Source: Gammaproteobacteria bacterium
GTDB taxonomy: Bacteria > Actinomycetota > Acidimicrobiia > Spongiisociales > UBA4744
Length of the DNA stretch: 64,000 nt
Direction of reading: 5' to 3'
NCBI GenBank assembly: GCA_011682695.1
Contig: JAACED010000003.1
Span: forward strand, 37-64,036
Part shown: piece after piece, positions 48,640 to 59,500 of the stretch
How the letters are laid out: every line of letters starts with the position of its first letter
Position numbering within the stretch: position 1 is the stretch's first letter
Position numbers and translations under genes: made by a program
Notes under the pieces: model-generated
What the model was told of the DNA's origin: nothing
The model's database searches: none
Seen by the model: only the letters and a program-made list of their open reading frames with translations

Positions 48640-50004
48640 GTGACGACTCCTACACTGATGTCTATGCGCGACCTGCACCCCATCTTCAAGGCGTACGACG
48701 TGCGCGGCCGCACCGACACGGGAGATCTCGACGAGGATGCGGCGCGTCGCATCGGTGCCGGCTTCGCCCGCTCCGTCGATGCGCCGCAGGTCGCCCTCGG
48801 ACACGACTGCCGTGCATCATCGCCCGGCCTCGTGGATGCCTTCAGTGACGGTGTCACCGGACAGGGTGTGGACGTTCTCGATATCGGGCTGGTCGCGACC
48901 GACACGCTGTACTTCGTCTCGGGTGACCGGGACATTCCCGGTGCGATGATCACCGCGTCCCACAATCCGCCCGAGTGGAACGGGATCAAGTTCTGCCGTC
49001 GGGGAGCGGCGCCGATCGGAGCCGAGTCCGGACTCTTCGACATTCGGGATCTCGCAGAACAGGGCGTTGACGCAATCGGAGCGAGCGGATCTGTCGAGCC
49101 GTTCGATCCGATCCCCGGCTATATCGACCATCTGCTCTCCATTGTCGACCCCCAGCGGATCGGTCCTTTGCGGGTCGCCGCAGACGGTGGCAACGGCATG
49201 GCCGGGGTGGCCTTGCCGGGTGTGTTCGCAAAGCTGGATGCCGAACTCATCCCGCTGTTCCTCGAACCGGACGGCCGATTCCCGAACCATCCGGCCGATC
49301 CGTTGCAGCCGGAGAACCTGCGAGACCTCGAGGCGACGATGCGCTCGCAGCATCCCGATCTGGGTGTCGCCTTCGACGGCGATGCCGACCGGGCGTTCTT
49401 CGTCGATGATCTCTCACGGCCGCTGTCGGGAAGCACGACCACCGCGCTGATCGCCACGTGGTTTCTGGCCCGAGAACCCGGAGCCAAGATCGTGCACAAT
49501 CTGATCGTCAGCCGGGCCGTTCCCGAGGCGATTCGGGCTGCCGGCGGGACGCCCGTTCGCACGCGGGTCGGTCATTCATTCATCAAACAGATCATGGCCG
49601 AGACGGGCGCGGTGTTCGGCGGTGAGCATTCGGGGCACTACTACTTCAGAGACAACTTTCGCGCCGACTCCGGGACGCTCGCGATGCTCGTCCTGCTCCA
49701 GGTGCTCTCCGAAGACGGGCGCTCCCTCTCCGAGATCCGAAAGGATTTCGAACCCTATGTGGCGTCCGGAGAGATCAACCTGCGTGTCGACGACCAGCAG
49801 GACGCCATCGAGCGCGTCGCCGCCACCTTCGGTGACGCGTCGCAGGACCGGACGGACGGTCTCACGGTGGAATGGGCGGACCGGTGGTTCAATCTGCGTT
49901 CTTCGAATACCGAGCCCGTTCTGCGGCTCAATGCCGAGGCCGGAGACAAGGCGGCTGTCGAGGAACTTGTTGCTACGGTGCGATCGATCGTGAAAGGAAC
50001 ATGA
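48640..50004 (+). CDS. manB: Phosphomannomutase/phosphoglucomutase
   Basis: The GTG 48640 after ggggagag was chosen as start; ATG 48658 is the alternative. …IFKAYDVRG… active-site TASHNP, Mg loop DGDADR. Confidence 0.85.
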   Translation: MTTPTLMSMRDLHPIFKAYDVRGRTDTGDLDEDAARRIGAGFARSVDAPQVALGHDCRASSPGLVDAFSDGVTGQGVDVLDIGLVATDTLYFVSGDRDIPGAMITASHNPPEWNGIKFCRRGAAPIGAESGLFDIRDLAEQGVDAIGASGSVEPFDPIPGYIDHLLSIVDPQRIGPLRVAADGGNGMAGVALPGVFAKLDAELIPLFLEPDGRFPNHPADPLQPENLRDLEATMRSQHPDLGVAFDGDADRAFFVDDLSRPLSGSTTTALIATWFLAREPGAKIVHNLIVSRAVPEAIRAAGGTPVRTRVGHSFIKQIMAETGAVFGGEHSGHYYFRDNFRADSGTLAMLVLLQVLSEDGRSLSEIRKDFEPYVASGEINLRVDDQQDAIERVAATFGDASQDRTDGLTVEWADRWFNLRSSNTEPVLRLNAEAGDKAAVEELVATVRSIVKGT

Positions 50005-50177
50005 TGGGCCTCATTCCAGACGAACTCGCCGAGATCCTCGTGTGCCCTTCGTGCCATGGAGACCTCCGAGAGGATGAAACAGAGCAACGCCTCATCTGCA
50101 CCGCGTGCGGTCTGCGCTATCCGGTACGAGACGGTATCCCCGTGATGCTCATCGAAGAAGCGACCCGAGAATCGTGA
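50001..50177 (+). CDS. Trm112-like (DUF343) small zinc-finger protein
   Basis: MMGLIPDELAEILVCPSCHGDL…LICTACGLRYPVRDGIPVMLIEEA. ATGA overlap with the manB stop. Confidence 0.7.
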   Translation: MMGLIPDELAEILVCPSCHGDLREDETEQRLICTACGLRYPVRDGIPVMLIEEATRES

Positions 50178-50182
50178 ACACG

Positions 50183-52407
<2,225 letters not shown>

Positions 52408-52506
52408 TCGTCGGTCTGGGGACTTGACGAGCGGTCAGGAGTACCCGGTATCGGGTACCGGGATCGTGGCGCGAGCGCCGGGCACGCGAGGCAGGTATTC
52501 GGTGAC

Positions 52507-53796
52507 TCAGCGGTCCCGGACCCAGAGGGCGACGCGTCCGACCCACGGAACGGCGAACACCACCTTCCCGTCGATCTCGTCGGCGCCGACGGGTGTGTCG
52601 TCGGACCGGTTGTTGTCTCCACGGGTCGTGATCATCAGGCCATCGGGTGTGTCCTCGATGCGCACGATGCGGTGGGTCACCGGCATCGTCCCCTGTCGGT
52701 ACTCCACGATGTCGCCGATCTCGAGGCCGGGGATGTCGACGTGTTCGCGGATGATGACGACGTCGCCTCGGACGAGGGCCGGGTCCATGCTGGTCCCGGC
52801 CACGATCAGCGGGCGAACCCCGAACATGCCGGTGAACAATGCCACGGCAACTACGGCGGCGGCGACGGTCGCCACCCAACCGGGCCAGGCCTTCTGGACT
52901 GGTCTCGCCTGCTCGAAATGGCGTTGTGGCTCCTTGAGAGCATCTGCTGCCAAGGCGCGGAAGAGGGTCATCGCAACGATCGGCGTGATGGCGCCGATGA
53001 GCAGCAGCCACACCCAGGTGAGGTCGGGCAAGATCGGGGAGAACCACGCGAACGCGACGAGAGTGCCGCGGTAGGCGATCGACGGTCCTGGTCCTCCAAC
53101 GCTGGCCATCCAGGTGGCAACTCCGCTCAGGACGAGCGCGGGGGCCAGCAGCCCTGCACCGGTCTGGAACAGGCGGGCCGGGTCGGTCAGTCCCGTGAAC
53201 TGGCCGATCGGGGTGGCGGCGACGAAGAAGATCACCGTGACCGTGACAAAAGCACCGTTTTCGAGTGCCTGTATCCGGAACCGGGATCGTACGCCTCCCC
53301 GCATGAGCCGGGTACGCTCGACGAACGGCGCCCAGACACGGAAGAGGTACGCACGCGCCATCTCGAGTCCAACCAGCATCGTCCCCAGATAGAGGACGTT
53401 CAGCGGGTAGTTGACCAGCTTGCCAGAGGGTGAGCGGCCGAATCCGCTCAGCACGCCGGCGATGATCAGCACGGAGACGTGGAAGACTCCGACGAACAAG
53501 CCGGCACGGACGATCGTCCAGTGGAAGGCGGGCCGCCGGGGAAGGCGGCGCCATCCGTGGTAGGCGAGCACGGCGAGGCCCGTCCAGAGAAGTGGTTGGG
53601 CGAGGTAGTAGTCGAGTCCCGGCGTCGCTCGCAGCCAGATGGGGAACCCCCTGGTGGAGATCGCATAGGCGGCCACGACGTAGGCCAGGACCACTCCGGA
53701 GAAGCGGAGTGCGCGTCGATGCCCGTGAGATCGGTCGGGGTTGCGGAAGGCGTGCAGCAGTGAGGAGCGAGGTTTGCGGTGCCGTGGGCGGGTCAC
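52507..53796 (-). CDS. Fusion of an N-terminal ~300-aa polytopic membrane domain (no Cys, unknown family) with a C-terminal archaeal/SipW-type signal peptidase I (S26) domain
   Basis: The C-terminus carries the Ser box GTSMDPAL, the His box VTHRIVRI and the GDNNRSDD box of ER/archaeal-type SPases. It is preceded by 8 or more TM helices. The GTG 53796 start was chosen because the repeat element 53810-53968 lies in the longer ORF extension. The start is uncertain. Confidence 0.6.
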   Translation of the reverse strand: MTRPRHRKPRSSLLHAFRNPDRSHGHRRALRFSGVVLAYVVAAYAISTRGFPIWLRATPGLDYYLAQPLLWTGLAVLAYHGWRRLPRRPAFHWTIVRAGLFVGVFHVSVLIIAGVLSGFGRSPSGKLVNYPLNVLYLGTMLVGLEMARAYLFRVWAPFVERTRLMRGGVRSRFRIQALENGAFVTVTVIFFVAATPIGQFTGLTDPARLFQTGAGLLAPALVLSGVATWMASVGGPGPSIAYRGTLVAFAWFSPILPDLTWVWLLLIGAITPIVAMTLFRALAADALKEPQRHFEQARPVQKAWPGWVATVAAAVVAVALFTGMFGVRPLIVAGTSMDPALVRGDVVIIREHVDIPGLEIGDIVEYRQGTMPVTHRIVRIEDTPDGLMITTRGDNNRSDDTPVGADEIDGKVVFAVPWVGRVALWVRDR

Positions 53797-53809
53797 CGGA
53801 TCGAGGCTA

Positions 53810-53968
53810 GTGCCTCGACCGGCGACCTTTACGGTGTTCTGCCGGCCAGGAACGCCGCTCGCTGCGTTCTCCGCCTCAACGCACCTGCAGGTGCGCCTTC
53901 GTTGTGCGGCCTTGCGACCAGACGCCCCCGCCTCGGCATCGACACCCCGAACGTTACTGGCCAAGGCA
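53810..53968. repeat. Copy B of the 446-556 element, inverted, with a 43-bp internal insertion that contains the perfect palindrome gcacctgcaggtgc
   Basis: See copy A. On the minus strand it sits between a terminator-like hairpin (54021-54095) and the start of the SipW-fusion gene. Confidence 0.6.
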
Positions 53969-54020
53969 CCAGCGATCGGCGAAGGATTGTGGCCGCCGGT
54001 ATCGGTCATGTCGACGGAGT

Positions 54021-54095
54021 GAGGAGTGCAGCGGCGGCGAGTGACGCCATACCGGCCGCGATGGCCGGCGATGCTCCCTGCCGCTGCACCTCCTC
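54021..54095 (-). terminator. Long imperfect hairpin with a 14-bp outer stem and a nested inner stem. It lies 60 nt downstream of the 54159 stop and is terminator-like.
   Basis: gaggagtgcagcgg…(ccggccgcgatggccgg)…ccgctgcacctcctc. Confidence 0.4.
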
Positions 54096-54158
54096 ATGCA
54101 TGGTGTGTTCCTTGGGTGGCTCGCAGCCCGCGCTCCGAACCACCCTTCCGTTGCCTTC

Positions 54159-54965
54159 CTAGGGTAGGGGCGTTACGCAGGCGAGTCCGTTCCAATAACA
54201 CAGGTCGGCGGTCGTGGGATCACCGTCCTGATCCACGACTGCACCAGCCGTGCACATCGTCACGTCCCACTCGTTCCAGTTGACGAAGTCCTGCGAGAGT
54301 GCGAACGCATAGGTCGCATTCTGGAGAGCAGGCTGCAGCACGTGCAACCAGCCGGATGTCGTCACGGACTCTGCCGGATCGATCTGTGTGCCGCAGCGAA
54401 CCCCGGCGCTGATATCACCTTCGATCTGGTGGGTCGTTCCCAGGTAGAAGTTGCCCTCGTTGATGCCCGGGACGATCGGGATGGAGCCAGGTGATCCGCC
54501 GTCCGGCGTTCTCGTCGCGGTGAACGCGATCGAGGTCGCCCGCACCGGCACGCTGCCCGTGTTCTTGAGGGTGGCGGTCAGCGTGCAGTTGTAGCTCGGG
54601 TAGGCGTTCTCGATGGTCCACGTCACCAGATCATCGGTGTGAGCCGCGGTGCACTTCGCCACGTCCTTGGTGTATCTGCCCGGGGCAGGTGCAACATGAT
54701 CCGACGGATCGGCGCTCGAGGCGGTACCCCATGCGTCGAAGATCTCGTTCGTGGTCGGCTCGCCGTCGCTCGCGTTGAGGACGCCGTCGTCGTTGGTCCA
54801 GGCTTGCGACCAGGCCATGACGACACTGCCGGTATTGACGTTGCCGTTGAGATCGAGCGTCGCCGTCCAGTGGGCATAGACGAGGCCTGTGGTCGCCAGC
54901 AGCAATGTCAGCAGTACCACGAGACCCGGCGCCCGCAACAGCACGCTCCGTTTCTTCGTTCTCAC
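54159..54965 (-). CDS. Secreted protein with a SipW-cognate-class (TasA/camelysin-type) signal peptide
   Basis: GTG 54965 preceded by aaggaaagagga. N-terminus MRTKKRSVLLRAPGLVVLLTLLLATTGLVYAHWTATLDLNGN resembles the …AG(A/T)YAYF(S/T)D… SipW-cognate pattern. Confidence 0.55.
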   Translation of the reverse strand: MRTKKRSVLLRAPGLVVLLTLLLATTGLVYAHWTATLDLNGNVNTGSVVMAWSQAWTNDDGVLNASDGEPTTNEIFDAWGTASSADPSDHVAPAPGRYTKDVAKCTAAHTDDLVTWTIENAYPSYNCTLTATLKNTGSVPVRATSIAFTATRTPDGGSPGSIPIVPGINEGNFYLGTTHQIEGDISAGVRCGTQIDPAESVTTSGWLHVLQPALQNATYAFALSQDFVNWNEWDVTMCTAGAVVDQDGDPTTADLCYWNGLACVTPLP

Positions 54966-55116
54966 GTTCCTCTTTCCTTTCCTCGTGGTGGGTTCTCCCA
55001 CCGGTGTCTTCCGTGTACGCCGTGCGCATCGGGTGATCGCGCACGCGCCAGAACACTCGGTTCTCTGCGGTGTCGGTTCATCGTCACCTCCCGGGCTCCT
55101 TCCTCGCCGTGGTCTC

Positions 55117-56283
55117 TCATGGCGAAACGGTCTCTGCTGGGGGTGGTGTCCCACCGTCGTCCTGCGCGGTACCGGCCGGCTCATCGGACTCCGGCGGGGA
55201 CGCGTCGAACATCTCCAGGAGGGCCGGTCCCGATTCGTGCGAAGGTGCGACGTTCACCGTCACGTCGAGCGGCCGATCAGCGGTGACCGTCCAGCCGAAC
55301 CCTCCCTCGTCCGGAGGGGCGCTGTTCCACTGCGTGAACAGGGAGCTCAACGTCAGGGGTATCGTGAATCCGTCGTGGGGGAAGGTTCCGAGCAGGGTCG
55401 ACGTCAGCGAGACGGACACGGACTCCCCAGGGTCGAGCTGGTGCGCGACCCGAAAACGCCGGTTCAACAGGTCGCAGAGCGAACCCTGGGCGATGACGCC
55501 TTCCGTCGTCTCGATCACCAGGTTGAAACGGCCACCGTGACCACCATGACCTCCGTGGCCACAATGACCTTCGCCCGTGCAGGCGTCTTCGGAGCCGATG
55601 AGCGTGACATAGGGGATCCCCGGAATGGATCCGTCATTGGTGATCGACACCACGCTACGAATGGACAACGGGTTGCAGGAGGTGGGCAGAGTCGTGTCCG
55701 TGCCGTGTCCACCGTGACCATCACCGTCGACACCGTCGAGAGACCATAGGCCGGTCCCCGAGAGCACCATGCGCCAAAGATCACCGCCCGCCATGACGTC
55801 GACGACGATGTCCTCGCCGTTCACCGTGAAGCCGAAACCGAGGAACCCTCCGCTCTCTCCAGGATTCGCGACCCACTGCCCGATCGCCACCTCGGTGCCG
55901 TCGAGGTGCAGCGTTGCAGTGTCACCCTGAGCAGCGTTGCTCGGATCGATCGAGTACCCGTCGGCGATCTCTGAGCGCCCGGTTTCGATCTTCACTGCTC
56001 CGATGCCCTTCGCTTCGAGGTCGCCGGGCTCCTGATCTGGAGCCCAGAATCGAACGAACGAGATCGAGTGCCCAGGAAAACGGTGGGTATCGCAGTTGAA
56101 CTCGAAGGTTGCCGAGGGGCCGCTCGTCGAGGCTGCAAGGCGACCCGTCCCACTCCGGGTGTTCGCAACGGCCTCGGTGATCCAGTGGCTGTAGCCGATG
56201 CCGCCTCCGTACGCCAGGATTACCAGGATCGTGACGAGCAGGACCGTTGTACGGCCGGCCGGCTGGGGTCTCGAGAAGGGCAT
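55117..56283 (-). CDS. Secreted His/Gly-rich (metal-binding-like) protein with a SipW-cognate-like signal peptide
   Basis: ATG 56283. N-terminus MPFSRPQPAGRTTVLLVTILVILAYGGGIGYSHWITEAVANT. Internal GHGGHGTD and GHCGHGGHGGHGG tracts. Confidence 0.5.
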   Translation of the reverse strand: MPFSRPQPAGRTTVLLVTILVILAYGGGIGYSHWITEAVANTRSGTGRLAASTSGPSATFEFNCDTHRFPGHSISFVRFWAPDQEPGDLEAKGIGAVKIETGRSEIADGYSIDPSNAAQGDTATLHLDGTEVAIGQWVANPGESGGFLGFGFTVNGEDIVVDVMAGGDLWRMVLSGTGLWSLDGVDGDGHGGHGTDTTLPTSCNPLSIRSVVSITNDGSIPGIPYVTLIGSEDACTGEGHCGHGGHGGHGGRFNLVIETTEGVIAQGSLCDLLNRRFRVAHQLDPGESVSVSLTSTLLGTFPHDGFTIPLTLSSLFTQWNSAPPDEGGFGWTVTADRPLDVTVNVAPSHESGPALLEMFDASPPESDEPAGTAQDDGGTPPPAETVSP

Positions 56284-56507
56284 GGAGGCTTTGTGCGAGT
56301 CGCGGTGGCGGCCGCGTCGGGGTCTTGGGGGGAGTGCTGAGTGGTGCAGTTCGTGCATGCCGGATCGGAAGCGACGCCAATGGTGTCCCCGAGGGGCGAG
56401 GGCGGCGTGATCGGCCAGGATCCAGGCGGGAGAGGAGAGGCGGGGCCGGGCGTGCTTGCTCAACTGCTCGTCCTCCAGATGGAGGACACAGCGGCCTTGC
56501 CGCAAGG

Positions 56508-56667
56508 TCCTGGCTTAGTCAGAACGCGGCGATACAATGCCCGCACGGGATTCGTGACGACGCTCCAGTCGTGTGTCGGTCCTGTTCGCCGGGGACTGTC
56601 TTGCCAAAGTCACAGTCCCCGCGCGCTCCTCAGGGGGATCCGAGTCGCAGGAATGCAGAAGCCAGGA
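56508..56667 (-). promoter_or_regulatory. Candidate structured cis-regulatory RNA or sRNA: a ~160-nt element closed by a perfect 9-bp inverted repeat (tcctggctt…aagccagga). It contains internal hairpins, including ggggactgt-N12-acagtcccc at 56591-56620.
   Basis: It lies in a 700-bp non-coding gap, 225-385 nt upstream of the His-rich protein start. No convincing ORF is present. Confidence 0.3.
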
Positions 56668-56982
56668 CGGCGCGACAGAAGGACGTAGCCACGACGCCTC
56701 CCCCATCGAACCTCCCAGCTGATAACCTAAATCTACCAACTCTCGCACCGTGTGTCTAGGGGCCGGTGGCCTCATAGACGTGCGTACTGTCTCATGAGCG
56801 GTCGTTCGGGCCGCCAACGGTGCGCACCTCTGCCACTCGCCGCCCTGTCCGTGGCGTGTGGTTGTGGCGCCGGTGGGACTGGTCTTGCGACGGTTCCATG
56901 AGCGCCTCGAGGCGTCCGATCAGAGGATATGGCGGTACCGAATCCTCACCATCGAGTGTGAGATGCGACGTGCCGGATGCCG

Positions 56983-58767
56983 CTACTGCTGTACCGGGGT
57001 TTCGCGCAGGTCGATGACGGTGTCGCCGGACGCAGAGCCGATCACGTCGAGGATCTCCTCGTCGATCAGCTCGTTGCGCTCGATGAGTGCATCTCGGAGC
57101 GCCTCGACGATGTGAAGGTTGGCCGACAGGAGCCGTGTGACCGACTGTTTCGCCTGGTCGAGGAGGTGCTCGATCTGTTCGCGGCCGTGCGGGTCACTCA
57201 GAACCCTGGCCGTCAGGTTCCCTCCGAGCGGCCCGGCGTCGAGCGCCCGGTACGACACGAGCGAGCCCCCGAGCCCGAGAGAACCGACCATCTCGGCGGC
57301 AAGCGTGGTTGCAGAGGCGAGGTCCCCGGCAGGCCCGGTGCTCGAATCCCCGAAGAAGATCTCCTCGGCAACCATGCCACCCATCGCGATCTGCAACAGT
57401 GCCCTCAGTTCGGACTCGCGTTGGGTACGCCGCTCCTCGGTGAGACGGTGGGCCAGGAACCCGAGCGCTTCCCTGCGCTTGATGATCGAGAGAACTTCGA
57501 GGCGACGCCCTTTGCCGACCAGGTACGCGACCGTCGCATGTCCGGCCTCGTGGGTGGCGATCGCGGCCCGCTCCTCGGTGGGGTAGTCGACCGGCTCGGG
57601 GAGCCCGAGCTCGATCTCGATCCGGGCCCTATGGAGGTCTCTCATGTCCAGGGCGCTACGGTCGTCCCGCAGCGCCAACAAAAGCGCCTCGTCGAAGAGT
57701 CGCTCGAGCGAAGCCGGCGTGTAGCCGAGCGTCGCCGAAGCGAGATTATCCCTCGATGTCTCCAACTCCATCTCCGGGGCATGAGCCTTGCGGGTGAGGA
57801 AGTAGTCGATCAGCTCACGTCTGCCGGACCGTCCGGGCAGGTCGAAGTGGAAGATCCGGTCGAAGCGTCCTGGTCTCAGCAGCGCAGGGTCGAGCGAATC
57901 GGCTCGGTTCGTCGCTCCGATCAGCAGCACATTCGAGTACTGGTTCGCCGGCGGCCGAAGCTGGAGGTGTTCGGGGAGGAACAGGTTGATGCGATCCCTG
58001 AACCAGCTCGCCATCTTGGTGCGTGACAGGGGTTCGTCGAAGCTCTGCATCTGGATGAGCAGTTCGTTGACGACCCCTCCGGTGTCCGTCGCGATGGACC
58101 GGTTCACCGACAGGGACACCGCCGGACTCTTCGTCACATTGGGACGTGCCAGTCCGATCGCGTCGATCTCTTCGATGAAACCGATTGCCCCGCCCTCGAC
58201 CCTGGCAGCTTTCCGCAGGGCCTTGAAGAAGGCTCGGATCCGTTTCGACGTCATTCCGTACCACATGCTCTGGAATGCAGTGGCCGACACGAACAGGAAC
58301 GGTACGCCGGCTTCTTTGGCCAGTGCCTTGGCGGCGTACGTCTTGCCGGTTCCGGGGGGTCCTTCAAAGAGCACACCACGCCGGGGCGTTCCTCCCATGA
58401 CCGTTCGGAACCGCTCGTGGTCCAGCAGGATCTGCAAGGTGTGACGAACCTCGATCAACAGGTTGTCCATGCCCTTGACGTCGTCGAAGGAGGTCTCGAT
58501 CTGCTCGGGTCGGAACGTCGTGTGCGGCGATCGTCGGTTTCCGAGCACCGGAGCCACCAGCGCGATCCCGATGAGCAGGATGAGGAGGATGCCGGGAAGC
58601 CAGAACATCGTCTCGGGCGGCAGGTGCGGGAACGCCGGCCATGGATGACGGCCGCTGACGATGCGCCACCACATCCATGCCGCGATCGGCGCGAGGAGAA
58701 AGCCCAGCCGTGTCAGCCTTCGCTGACGCTGCCGCTCCCGAGTGTCGTGGACGTTCCCAGCCGCCAT
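56983..58767 (-). CDS. FtsH-like AAA+ ATPase / M41 zinc metalloprotease with two closely spaced TM helices and no periplasmic domain
   Basis: Walker A GPPGTGKT. Zn site HEAGHA. The start is either ATG 58767 or the upstream ATG 58857. Confidence 0.75.
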   Translation of the reverse strand: MAAGNVHDTRERQRQRRLTRLGFLLAPIAAWMWWRIVSGRHPWPAFPHLPPETMFWLPGILLILLIGIALVAPVLGNRRSPHTTFRPEQIETSFDDVKGMDNLLIEVRHTLQILLDHERFRTVMGGTPRRGVLFEGPPGTGKTYAAKALAKEAGVPFLFVSATAFQSMWYGMTSKRIRAFFKALRKAARVEGGAIGFIEEIDAIGLARPNVTKSPAVSLSVNRSIATDTGGVVNELLIQMQSFDEPLSRTKMASWFRDRINLFLPEHLQLRPPANQYSNVLLIGATNRADSLDPALLRPGRFDRIFHFDLPGRSGRRELIDYFLTRKAHAPEMELETSRDNLASATLGYTPASLERLFDEALLLALRDDRSALDMRDLHRARIEIELGLPEPVDYPTEERAAIATHEAGHATVAYLVGKGRRLEVLSIIKRREALGFLAHRLTEERRTQRESELRALLQIAMGGMVAEEIFFGDSSTGPAGDLASATTLAAEMVGSLGLGGSLVSYRALDAGPLGGNLTARVLSDPHGREQIEHLLDQAKQSVTRLLSANLHIVEALRDALIERNELIDEEILDVIGSASGDTVIDLRETPVQQ

Positions 58768-58855
58768 ACCACCATCTAACCACAGAGAGTGGCGTCCTGC
58801 CACCGAATCTCGCGCAGAAAGCGTTCTCGTCAGTGGCGGGCCATAGGGTGGGCGC

Positions 58856-59419
58856 ATGGTGTGCCTGGTGTGTTCGCTGCCGACCCGAGGGGTGCTGTGC
58901 GGTCGCTGCCGCTCATCTCTGCGGCCCGAGTCGGACCGTGTGGTCGGTGGATCGTTGCTCGTGCACGTAGCGTTGGCGCATCGCGGCGCTGCCAGGGTGT
59001 TGGTGCGTCGGCTCAAGTACGAGGCGATCCGAGCCGCTGCGGCACCACTCGCGGAAGCGATGGCGGCCAGGGTCGACGACCCGGGGGCGGCGATCGTTCC
59101 GGTGCCGCGTGTGCCCATGCGGGCATGGCGGTACGGAATCGATCCTGCACGAGAACTCGCCAAGGCCTATGGGGCTCTCGTGGGTCGGCCCGTGGTCGAC
59201 CTGCTGCGGCCGGCGCCGTGGACTCGCCGTCACGCCGGCAAGTCGCGGTCCGAGCGGTCGCCTGTTGGATTCGGTCTTCGCTCACGTGTCACTCGACCCG
59301 TCGTCATCCTCGATGACGTTCTCACGACGGGTCAGACCATGAGGGCGGCTGCCGACGCAATCGGCCCACAAGTGATCGGCGCGATTACGGCCACGGGTGC
59401 GGGTAGAGTAGGGGTGTGA
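58856..59419 (+). CDS. comF: ComF-family protein (phosphoribosyltransferase-type, ComFC-like)
   Basis: N-terminal double CxxC (CLVCSL…CGRC). C-terminal PRTase motif VVILDDVLTTGQTM. Confidence 0.7.
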   Translation: MVCLVCSLPTRGVLCGRCRSSLRPESDRVVGGSLLVHVALAHRGAARVLVRRLKYEAIRAAAAPLAEAMAARVDDPGAAIVPVPRVPMRAWRYGIDPARELAKAYGALVGRPVVDLLRPAPWTRRHAGKSRSERSPVGFGLRSRVTRPVVILDDVLTTGQTMRAAADAIGPQVIGAITATGAGRVGV

Positions 59420-59500
59420 TCCTGCGACATGCAGCATGGCCGGCCGCAGCACTTGCGGTCGCGCTTCGCAGAGACTCCAACCATCAATAGGAGGCTGGTT

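Noticed and set aside
52441-52458. Small hairpin gtacccg-gtat-cgggtac between the convergent ahcY and signal-peptidase-fusion genes as a bidirectional terminator
   Set aside because: The 7-bp stem is plausible, but it is too short or weak to call confidently without transcript data.
53797-54009. Track start (54009) for the signal-peptidase-fusion gene
   Set aside because: The N-terminal 70 residues would be encoded by the inverted repeat element. A GTG at 53796 followed by a positive N-tail and a TM helix is more plausible. Confidence is only moderate.
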